Assembly (NCBI GenBank): GCA_964016885.1
Contig: OZ024743.1
Span: forward strand, 142,848,001-142,912,000
Origin: Eledone cirrhosa
Lineage: Eukaryota
Length of the DNA stretch: 64,000 bases
Direction: 5' to 3'
Part shown: positions 54,242-64,000 of the stretch, piece by piece
Layout: every line of letters starts with the position of its first letter
Position numbering within the stretch: position 1 is the first letter of the stretch
Position numbers and translations under genes: made by a program
Notes under the pieces: model-generated
Told to the model about the DNA's origin: nothing
The model's input: only the letters and a program-made list of their open reading frames with translations
Database searches by the model: none

Positions 54242-57200
54242 TGTTTGGTGTCTGGTGTTTGGTGATTGGTGTTTGGTGTTTGGTGTTTGGTGTTTGGTGT
54301 TTGGTGCTTGGCGCTTGGTGCTTGGTGTTTTGTGCTTGGTGCTTGGTGTTTGGTGTTTGGTGTTTGGTGTTTGTGTTTGCTGTTTGGCGTTTGCTGTTTG
54401 GTGTTTGCTGTTTGGTGTTTCCTGGTTGGTGTTTGGTGTTTGCTATTTGGTGTTTGGTGTTTGCTCTTTGGTGTTTGGTGTTTAGTGTTTGCTGTTTGGT
54501 GTTTGGTGTTTGGTGTTTGGTGCTTGGGGCTTGGTGTTTGCTCTTTGGTGCTTGGTGATTGGTTTTTGGTGTTTGGTGCTTGGTGCTTGGTGTATGGTGT
54601 TTAGTGCTTGGTGCTTGGTGCTTGGTGCTTGGTGTTTGGTGTTTGGTCCTTGGTGCTTGGTGTTTGGTGTTTGGTGCTTGGTGCTTGGTTCTGGGTGCTT
54701 GGTGCTTGGTGTTTGGTTTTTGGTGCTTGGTGCTTGGTGTTTGGTGCTTGGGGCTTGGTGATTGGTGTTTGGTGCTTGGTGCTTGGTGTTTGGTGCTTGG
54801 TGTTCGGTGCTTGGTGCTTGGTGCTAGGTGTTTGGTGTTTGGTGTTTGCCGCTTGGTGCTTGGTGTTTGGTGCTTGGTGCTTGGTGTTTGGTGTTTAGTG
54901 CTTGGTGCTAGGTGCTTGGTGCTTGGTGTTTGGTGTTTGGTGCTTGGAGCTTGGTGTTTGGTGTTTGGTGCTTGGTGCTTTGTTCTGGGTGCTTGGTGCT
55001 TGGTGTTTGGTGTATGGTGCTGGGTGCTTGCTGTTTGGTGCTTGGGGCTTGGTTCTTGGTGTTTGGTGCTTGGTGCTTGGTGCTAGGTGTTTGGTTTTTG
55101 GTGTTTGGCGCTTGGTGCTTGGTGTTTGGTGATTGGTCCTTGGTGTTTGGTGTTTGGTGCTTGGTGCTTGGTGTTTGGTATTTGGTGCTTGGCACTTGGT
55201 GTTTGGTGTTTGGTCCTTGGCGTTTACTGTTTGGCGTTTGGGGTTTGGCGTTTGCTTTTTGGCGTTTGCTGTTTGGTGTTTGGTGCTTGGTGTTTGGTGT
55301 TTGGTACTTGGTGCTTGGTGTTTGGTGTTTGGTGCTTGGTGCTTGGTGTTTGGTGTTTGTTGCTTGGCGCTTGGTCTTTGGTGTTTGGCGCTTGGCGTTT
55401 GCTGTTTGGCGTTTGGGGTTTGGCATTTGCTGTTTGGCGTTTGGGGTTTGGTGTTTGCTGTTTGGTGTTTGCTGTTTGGTGTTTGCTGTTTGGTGTTTGG
55501 TGTTTGGTGTTTGCTGGTTGGTGTTTGGTGTTTAGTGTTTGCTGTTTGGTGTTTGCTGTTTGGTGCTTGGTGCTTGGTGTTTGGTGCATGGTGCTTGGTG
55601 CTTGGTGCTTGGTGTTTGGTGCTTGGTGCTTGGTGTTTGGTGCTTGGGGCTTGGTGCTTGGTGTTTGGTGCTTGGTCTTTGGTGTTTCCTGGTTGGTGTT
55701 TGGTGTTTGCTGTTTGGTGTTTGGTGTTCGCTGTTTGGTATTTTCTATTTGTTGTTTTGTGTTTGCTGTTTGGTGTTTGGTGTTTAGTGTTTGCTATTTG
55801 GTGTTTGGTGTTTTGTGTTTGGTGCTTGGGGCTTGGTGTTTGCTCTTTGGTGCTTGGTGATTGGTTTTTGGTGTTTGGTGCTTGGTGCTTGGTGTTTGGT
55901 GCTTGGTGCTTGGTGTTTGGTGCTTGGTGCTTGGTGTTTGGTGTTTGGTGCTTGGTGTTTGCTGTTTGGTGATTGGTTCTTGGTGTTTGGTGCTTGATGC
56001 TTGGTGTTTGGTGCTTGGTGGTTGGTGCTTGATGTTTGGTGCTTGGTGCTTGGTGTTTGGTGTTTGGCGCTTGGTGCTTGGTGTTTGGTGCTTGGTGCTT
56101 GGTGTTTGGTGTTTGGTGCTTGGTGCTTGCTGTCTGGTGTTTGGTGCTTGGTTCTTGGTGTTTGGTGATTGGTGCCTGGTACTTGGTGTTTGGTGCTCGG
56201 TGCTTGGTGCTTGGTGTTTCGTGCTTGGTGCTTGGTGTTTGGTCTTTGACGCTTGGTGCTTGGTGTTTGGTGCTTGGTACTTGGTGTTCGGTGTTTGGTG
56301 TTAGGTGTTTGGTGCTTGGTGCTTGGTGCTTGGTTTTTGGTGTTTGGTGCTTGGTGCTTGGTGTTTGGTGTTTGGTGCTTGGTGCTAGGTGTTTGGTGTT
56401 TGGTGCTTGGTGCTTGGTGTTTAGCGTTTCGTGCTTGGCGCTTGCTGTTTGGCGTTTGGTGTTTGGCGTTTGCTGTTTGGCGTTTGGTGTTTGGCGTTTG
56501 ATGTTTGGCGTTTGCTGTTTGGTGTTTGGTGTTTGGTGTTTGCTGTTTGGTGTTTGCTGTTTGGTGTTTGGTGTTTGCTGTTTGGTGTTTGGTGTTTGCT
56601 GTTTGCTGTTTGCTGTTTGGTGTTTGGTGTTTGGTGTTTGGTGCTTGGTGCTTGGTGCTTGGTATTTGGTGCTTGGTGCTTATTGTTTGGTGTTTGGCGC
56701 TTGGTGCTTGGTGTTTGGGGCTTGGTGTTTGGTGCTTGTTGCTTGGCGTTTGGTGCTTGGTGCTTTGTGCTTGGTGTTTGGTGCTTGGTGCTTGGTGCTT
56801 GGTGTTTGGTGTTTAGTGCTTGGTGCTTGGTGATTGGTGCTTATTGATTGGTGCTTGGTGTTTGGTGCTTGGTGTTTGGTGTTTGGTGTTTGGTGTTTGC
56901 TGTTTGCTGTTTGGTGTTTGCTGTTTGGTGTTTGTTGTTTGGTGTTTGCTGTTTGGTGTTTGCTATTTGGTGTTTGGTGTTTGCTGTTTGCTGTTTGGTG
57001 TTTGGTGTTTGCTGTTTGGCGTTTGGTGTTTGGCGTTTGCTGTTAGGCATCTGGTGGCTGGCATTTGCTGTTTGGCGTTTGTTGTTTGGTGTTTGGTGTT
57101 TGCTGTTTGCTGTTTGGTGTTTGCTGTTTGCTGTTTGTTTGGTGTTTGCTGTTTGGTGTTTGGTGTTTGCTGTTTGCTGTTTGGTGTTTGGTGTTTGGTG

Positions 57201-60200
57201 TTTGCTGTTTGGTGTTTGGTGTTTACTGTTTGGTGTTTGGTGTTTGTTGTTTGGTGATTGGTGTTTGCTGTTTGGTGTTTGGTGTTTGGTGATTGGTGTT
57301 TGCTGTTTGGTGTTTGGTGCCTGGTGTTTGGTGTTTGGTGATTGGTGCTTGGTGCTTGGTGTTTGGTGCTTGGTGCTTGGTGCTTGGTGCTTGGTGCTTG
57401 GTGTTTGGTGTTTGGTGCTTGATGCTTGGTGTTTGGTGTTTGGTGATTGGTGTTTGGTGTTTGGTGCTTGGTGCTTGGTGCTTGGTGTTTGGTGTTTAGT
57501 GTTTGCTGTTTGGTGTTTGGTGTTTGCTGTTTGGTGTTTGCTATTTGGTGTTTGCTGTTTGCTGTTTGCTGTGTGGTGTTTGGTGTTTGGTGATTGGTGC
57601 TTGGTGCTTGGTGTTTGGTGCTTGGTGCTTGGTGCTTGGTGCTTGGTGCTTGGTGCTTGGTATTTGGTGCTTGGTGCTTATTGTTTGGTGTTTGGCGCTT
57701 GGTGCTTGGTGTTTGGTGCTTGGTGCTTGGTGTTTGTTGTTTGGTGCTTGGTGTTTGGTGCTTGGAGCTTGGTGCTTGGTGTTTGGTGCTTGGTGCTTGG
57801 TGCTTGGTGCTTCGCGTCTGGTGCTTGGTATTTGGTGCTTGGTGTTTGGTGCTTGGTGCTTGGTTCTTGGTGTTTGGTGCTTGGTGGTTGGTGCTTGGTG
57901 CTTGGTATTTGGTGTTTGGTGCTTGGTGCTTGTAGTTTGGTGTTTGGTGCTTGGTGCTTGATGTTTGGTGTTTGGTGCTTGGTGCTTGGTGTTTGGTGAT
58001 TGCTGCTTGGTGCTTGGTGTTTGGTGCTTGGTGGTTGGTGCTTGGTGTTTGGTGCTTGGTGCTTGGTGTTCGGTGTTTGGCGCTTGGTGCTTGGTTCTTG
58101 GTGTTTGGTGCTTGGTGCTTGGTGTTTGGTGTTTAGTGCTTGGTGCTTGGTTCTTGGTGTTTGGTGCTTGGTGCCTGGTGATTGGTGTTTGGTGCTTGGT
58201 GCTTGGTATTTGGGGCTTGGTCTTTGGTGCTTGGTGTTTGGAGCTTGGTGCTTGGTGCTTGGTGTTTGGTGCTTGGTGCTTGGTGCTAGGTGTTTGGTGT
58301 TTAGTGCTTGGTGCTTGGTGATTGGTGCTTGTTGCTTGGTCTTGGTGTTTGCTGCTTGGTGCTTGGTGTTTGGTGTTTGGTGTTTGCTGTTTGCTGTTTG
58401 GTGTTTGCTGTTTGGTGTTTGCTGTTTGGTGTTTGCTGTTTGGTGTTTGGTGTTTGGTGTTTGCTGTTTGGTGTTTGGTGTTTGCTGTTTGGTGTTTGGT
58501 GTCTGGTGTTTGGTGATTGGTGTTTGGTGTTTGGTGTTTGGTGTTTGGTGTTTGGTGCTTGGCGCTTGGTGCTTGGTGTTTTGTGCTTGGTGCTTGGTGT
58601 TTGGTGTTTGGTGTTTGGTGTTTGTGTTTGCTGTTTGGCGTTTGCTGTTTGGTGTTTGCTGTTTGGTGTTTCCTGGTTGGTGTTTGGTGTTTGCTATTTG
58701 GTGTTTGGTGTTTGCTCTTTGGTGTTTGGTGTTTAGTGTTTGCTGTTTGGTGTTTGGTGTTTGGTGTTTGGTGCTTGGGGCTTGGTGTTTGCTCTTTGGT
58801 GCTTGGTGATTGGTTTTTGGTGTTTGGTGCTTGGTGCTTGGTGTATGGTGTTTAGTGCTTGGTGCTTGGTGCTTGGTGCTTGGTGTTTGGTGTTTGGTCC
58901 TTGGTGCTTGGTGTTTGGTGTTTGGTGCTTGGTGCTTGGTTCTGGGTGCTTGGTGCTTGGTGTTTGGTTTTTGGTGCTTGGTGCTTGGTGTTTGGTGCTT
59001 GGGGCTTGGTGATTGGTGTTTGGTGCTTGGTGCTTGGTGTTTGGTGCTTGGTGTTCGGTGCTTGGTGCTTGGTGCTAGGTGTTTGGTGTTTGGTGTTTGC
59101 CGCTTGGTGCTTGGTGTTTGGTGCTTGGTGCTTGGTGTTTGGTGTTTGGTGCTTGGTGCTAGGTGCTTGGTGCTTGGTGTTTGGTGTTTGGTGCTTGGAG
59201 CTTGGTGTTTGGTGTTTGGTGCTTGGTGCTTTGTTCTGGGTGCTTGGTGCTTGGTGTTTGGTGTATGGTGCTGGGTGCTTGCTGTTTGGTGCTTGGGGCT
59301 TGGTTTTTGGTGTTTGGTGCTTGGTGCTTGGTGCTAGGTGTTTGGTGATTGGTCCTTGGTGTTTGGTGTTTGGTGCTTGGTGCTTGGTGTTTGGTATTTG
59401 GTGCTTGGCACTTGGTGTTTGGTGTTTGGTCCTTGGCGTTTACTGTTTGGCGTTTGGGGTTTGGCGTTTGCTTTTTGGCGTTTGCTGTTTGGTGTTTGGT
59501 GCTTGGTGTTTGGTGTTTGGTACTTGGTGCTTGGTGTTTGGTGTTTGGTGCTTGGTGCTTGGTGTTTGGTGTTTGTTGCTTGGCGCTTGGTCTTTGGTGT
59601 TTGGCGCTTGGCGTTTGCTGTTTGGCGTTTGGGGTTTGGCATTTGCTGTTTGGCGTTTGGGGTTTGGTGTTTGCTGTTTGGTGTTTGCTGTTTGGTGTTT
59701 GCTGTTTGGTGTTTGGTGTTTGGTGTTTGCTGGTTGGTGTTTGGTGTTTAGTGTTTGCTGTTTGGTGTTTGCTGTTTGGTGCTTGGTGCTTGGTGTTTGG
59801 TGCATGGTGCTTGGTGCTTGGTGCTTGGTGTTTGGTGCTTGGTGCTTGGTGTTTGGTGCTTGGGGCTTGGTGCTTGGTGTTTGGTGCTTGGTCTTTGGTG
59901 TTTCCTGGTTGGTGTTTGGTGTTTGCTGTTTGGTGTTTGGTGTTCGCTGTTTGGTATTTTCTATTTGTTGTTTTGTGTTTGCTGTTTGGTGTTTGGTGTT
60001 TAGGGTTTGCTATTTGGTGTTTGGTGTTTTGTGTTTGGTGCTTGGGGCTTGGTGTTTGCTCTTTGGTGCTTGGTGATTGGTTTTTGGTGTTTGGTGCTTG
60101 GTGCTTGGTGTTTGGTGCTTGGTGCTTGGTGTTTGGTGCTTGGTGCTTGGTGTTTGGTGTTTGGTGTTTGGTGCTTGGTGTTTGCTGTTTGGTGATTGGT

Positions 60201-60550
60201 TCTTGGTGTTTGGTGCTTGGTGTTTGGTGCTTGGTGGTTGGTGCTTGATGTTTGGTGCTTGGTGCTTGGTGTTTGGTGTTTGGCGCTTGGTGCTTGGTGT
60301 TTGGTGCTTGGTGCTTGGTGTTTGGTGTTTGGTGCTTGGTGCTTGCTGTCTGGTGTTTGGTGCTTGGTTCTTGGTGTTTGGTGATTGGTGCCTGGTACTT
60401 GGTGTTTGGTGCTCGGTGCTTGGTGCTTGGTGTTTCGTGCTTGGTGCTTGGTGTTTGGTCTTTGACGCTTGGTGCTTGGTGTTTGGTGCTTGGTACTTGG
60501 TGTTCGGTGTTTGGTGTTAGGTGTTTGGTGCTTGGTGCTTGGTGCTTGGT
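54240..60550 (-). repeat. HOR duplication E: about 54240-56330 copied at about 58490-60550 (offsets 4251, then 4216)
   Basis: ORF pairs 54266/58517, 54489/58740 (+4251) and 55224/59440, 55539/59755, 56036/60252 (+4216). Marker GGTATTTTCTATTTGTTG is shared. Confidence 0.9.
56360..57450 (-). repeat. Dispersed copy of about 49880-50970 (offset 6479)
   Basis: Identical ORFs 50341/56820, 50355/56834, 50586/57065. Marker AGGCATCTGG occurs at 50566 and 57045. Confidence 0.88.
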
Positions 60551-60889
60551 TTTTGGTGTTTGGTGCTTGGTGCTTGGTGTTTGGTGTTTGGTGATTGGTG
60601 CTTGGTGTTTGGTGCTTGGGATTTGGTGCTTGGTGCTTGGTGTTTGGTGTTTGGAGTTTGGTACTTGGTGCTTGGTGTTTGCTGTTTGGTGCTTGGTGCT
60701 TGGTATTTGGTGTTTAGTGCTTGGTGCTTGGTTCTTGGTGTTTGGTGCTTGGTGCCTGGTGATTGGTGTTTGGTGCTTGGTGCTTGGTATTTGGGGCTTG
60801 GTCTTTGGTGCTTGGTGTTTGGTGCTTGGTGGTTGGTGCTTGGTGTTTGGTGCTTGGTGCTTGGTGCTAGATGTTTGGTTTTTAGTGCT

Positions 60890-63800
60890 TGGTGCTTGGT
60901 GATTGGTGTTTGTTGCTTGGTGCTTGGTGTTTGGTGCTTGGTGCTTGGTGTTTGGTGTTTGGTGTTTGGTGTTTGCTGTTTGGTGTTTGCTGTTTGGTGT
61001 CTGCTGTTTGGTGTTTGCTGTTTCGTGTTTGCTGTTTGGTGTTTGGTGTTTGGTGTTTGCTGTTTGGTGTTTGGTGTTTGCTGTTTGGTGTTTGGTGTCT
61101 GGTATTTGGTGATTGGTGTTTGCTGTTTGGTGTTTGGTGTTTGGTGTTTGGTGCTTGGCGCTTGGTGCTTGGTGTTTTGTGCTTGGTGCTTGGTGCTTGG
61201 TGTTTGGTGTTTGGTGTTTGTGTTTGCTGTTTGGCGTTTGCTGTTTGGTGTTTGCTGTTTGGTGTTTCCTGGTTGGTGTTTGGTGTTTGCTATTTGGTGT
61301 CTGGTGTTTGCTGTTTGGTGTTTGGTGTTTAGTGTTTGTTGTTTGGTGTTTGGTGTTTGGTGTTTGGTGCTTGGGGCTTGGTGTTTGCTCTTTGGTGCTT
61401 GGTGATTGGTTTTTGGTGTTTGGTGCTTGGTGCTTGGTGTATGGTGTTTGGTGCTTGGTGCTTGGTGCTTGGTGCTTGGTGTTTGGTGTTTGGTGCTTGG
61501 TGCTTGGTGTTTGGTGTTTGGTGCTTGGTGCTTGGTTCTGGGTGCATGGTGCTTGGTGTTTGGTGTTTGGTGCTTGGAGCTTGGTGTTTGGTGCTTGGGG
61601 CTTGGTGATTGGTGTTTGGTGCTTGGTGCTTGGTGCTTGGTGCTTGGTGCTTGGTGTTTGGTGCTTGGTGTTCGGCGCTTGGTGATTGGTGCTAGGTGTT
61701 TGGTGTTTGGTGTTTGGCGCTTGGTGCTTGGTGTTTGGTGATTGGTGCTTGGTGTTTGGTGTTTGGTGCTTGGTGCTTGGTGTTTGGTGTTTGGTGCTTG
61801 GTGCTTGGTGTTTGGTGTTTGGTGCTTGGTGTTTGGTCCTTGGAGCTTGGTGCTTGGTTTTTGGTGCTTGGGGCTTGGTGCTTGGTGCTTGGTGTCTGGT
61901 GCTTGGTGCTTGGTGTTTGGTGTTTGGTGCTTTGTACTTGGTGTTTGGTGTTTGGTGTTTGGTGTTTGGTGCTTGGTACTTGTTGTTTTATGTTTGGTGC
62001 TTGGTGCTTGGTGCTTGGTGTTTGGTGCTTGGTGCTTGATGCTTGGTGCTTGGTGCTTGGTGTTTGGTGTTTAGTGCTTGGTGCTTGGTATTTGGTGTTT
62101 GGTGCTTGGTGCTTGGTGTTTGGTGTTTGGTGCTTGGTGCTTGCTGTTTGGTGTTTGGTGCTTGCTGCTTGGTGTTTGGTGATTGGTGTTTGCTGTTTGG
62201 TGTTTGCTGTTTGGTGTTTGCTGTTTCGTGTTTGCTGTTTGGTGTTTGGTGTTTGGTGTTTGCTGTTTGGTGTTTGGTGTTTGCTGTTTGGTGTTTGGTG
62301 TCTGGTGTCTGGTGATTGGTGTTTGGTGTTTGGTGTTTGGTGTTTGGTGTTTGGTGCTTGGCGCTTGGTGCTTGGTGTTTTGTGCTTGGTGCTTGGTGCT
62401 TGGTGTTTGGTGTTTGTGTTTGCTGTTTGGCGTTTGCTGTTTGGTGTTTGCTGTTTGGTGCTTGGCGCTTGGTGCTTGGTGTTTGGTGCATGGTGCTTGG
62501 TGCTTGGTGCTTGGTGTTTGGTGCTTGGTGCTTGGTGTTTGGTGCTTGGGGCTTGGTGCTTGGTGTTTGGTGCTTGGTCTTTGGTGTTTCCTGGTTGGTG
62601 TTTGGTGTTTGCTATTTGCTGTTTGGTGTTTGCTGTTTGGTGTTTGGTGTTTAGTGTTTGCTGTTTGGTGTTTGGTGTTTGGTGCTTGGGGCTTGGTGTT
62701 TGCTCTTTGGTGCTTGGTGATTGGTTTTTGGTGTTTGGTGCTTGGTGCTTGGTGTATGGTGTTTGGTGCTTGGTGCTTGGTGCTTGGTGCTTGGTGTTTG
62801 GTGTTTGGTGCTTGGTGCTTGGTGTTTAGTGTTTGGTGCTTGGTGCTTGGTTCTGGGTGCTTGGTGCTTGGTGTTTGGTGTTTGGTGCTTGGTGCTTGGT
62901 GTTTGGAGCTTGGGGCTTGGTGATTGGTGTTTGGTGCTTGGTGCTTGGTGCTTGGTGCTTGGTGTTTGGTGCTTGGTGTTCGGTGCTTGGTGCTTGGTGC
63001 TAGGTGTTTGGTGTTTGGTGTTTGGCGCTTGGTGCTTGGTGTTTGGTGCTTGGTGCTTGGTGTTTGGTGTTTGGTGCTTGGTGCTTGGTGCTTGGTGCTT
63101 GGTGTTTGGTGTTTGGTGCTTGGAGCTTGGTGTTTGGTGTTTGGTGGTTGGTGCTTTGTTCTGGGTGCTTGGTGCTTGGTGTTTGGTGTATGGTGCTGGG
63201 TGCTTGCTGTTTGGTGCTTGGGGCTTGGTGCTTGGTGTTTGGTGCTTGGTGCTTGGTGCTAGGTGTATGGTGTTTGGTGTTTGGCGCTTGGTGCTTGGTG
63301 TTTGGTGATTGGTCCTTGGTGTTTGGTGTTTGGTGCTTGGTGCTTGGTGTTTGGTATTTGGTGCTTGGCGCTTGGTGTTTGGTGTTTGGTCCTTGGCGTT
63401 TGCTGTATGGCGTTTGGGGTTTGGCGTTTGCTTTTTGGCGTTTGCTGTTTGGTGTTTGGTGCTTGGTGTTTGGTGTTTGGTACTTGGTGCTTGGTGTTTG
63501 GTGTTTGGTGCTTGGTGCTTGGTGTTTGGTGTTTGGCGCTTGGCGTTTGCTGTTTGGCGTTTGGGGTTTGGCATTTGCTGTTTGGCGTTTGGGGTTTGGC
63601 GTTTGCTTTTTGGCGTTTGGTGTTTCGTGTTTGGTGTTTGGTGTTTGCTGTTTGGTTTTTGCTGTTTGGTGTTTGCTGTTTGGTGTTTGGTGTTTGGTGT
63701 TTGCTGGTTGGTGTTTGGTGTTTGGTGTTTGCTGTTTGGTGTTTGCTGTTTGGTGCTTGGTGCTTGGTGTTTGGTGCATGGTGCTTGGTGCTTGGTGCTT

Positions 63801-64000
63801 GGTGTTTGGTGCTTGGTGCTTGGTGTTTGGTGCTTGGGGCTTGGTGCTTGGTGTTTGGTGCTTGGTCTTTGGTGTTTCCTGGTTGGTGTTTGGTGTTTGC
63901 TGTTTGCTGTTTGGTGTTTGCTGTTTGGTATTTGCTATTTGGTGTTTTGTGTTTGCTGTTTAGTGTTTGGTGTTTAGTGTTTGCTATTTGGTGTTTGGTG
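60890..64000 (-). repeat. More diverged, shuffled copies of HOR E modules (offsets about 2596, 1315 and 3960)
   Basis: Related ORFs 58740/61336, 58810/61406/62721 and 59349/63309. Recurrent markers TTTCCTGGTTGG, GGTTCTGGGTGC and TTGTTCTGGG. Confidence 0.75.

Larger units (their letters stand above)
42489..64000 (-). repeat. Heptamer satellite, right arm, same monomer inverted, (YTTGGTG)n on + strand, about 3070 monomers; continues beyond the window end
   Basis: Continuous CTTGGTG/TTTGGTG monomers with frequent TTTGCTG and TTTGGCG variants. This is the reverse complement of the left-arm monomer. Confidence 0.99.

Noticed and set aside
1-64000. CRISPR array
   Set aside because: There are no unique spacers, no constant 23-50 bp repeat, no leader and no cas genes.
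42489-64000. Stable G-quadruplex array
   Set aside because: The strand has mostly GG doublets with 5-nt loops and only sporadic GGGG, so at best weak two-tier structures that cannot be supported from sequence.
1-64000. Synthetic or simulated low-complexity sequence, or basecaller noise
   Set aside because: Rare variants are reproduced exactly at kb offsets with graded divergence and in-phase indels, which fits an evolved satellite.

Overview
The whole 64 kb window is one uninterrupted 7-bp satellite. I see no genes, RNAs, transposons or unique sequence. Bases 1-42488 are (CACCAAR)n, a mix of CACCAAG and CACCAAA with scattered variants. At 42488/42489 the array flips with no spacer, inside a perfect 40-bp palindrome centred on AAGCTT, and runs as (YTTGGTG)n to the end. 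The order of monomer variants is not random: it is copied in nested kb-scale higher-order repeats (HORs). These are about 3.2 kb, 7459 bp (three ~2.5 kb subunits) and about 6.0/5.0 kb in the left arm, and about 4.09 and 4.25 kb in the right arm. Most length differences between copies are whole monomers. The two arms carry different variant vocabularies and are not mirror copies. All listed ORFs (KHQAPST- or WCLVLGA-type) are by-products of the repeat. The architecture resembles eukaryotic pericentromeric, centromeric or terminal heterochromatin satellite, but the organism and function cannot be determined from the sequence. All coordinates and offsets were read by eye or derived from the ORF track.
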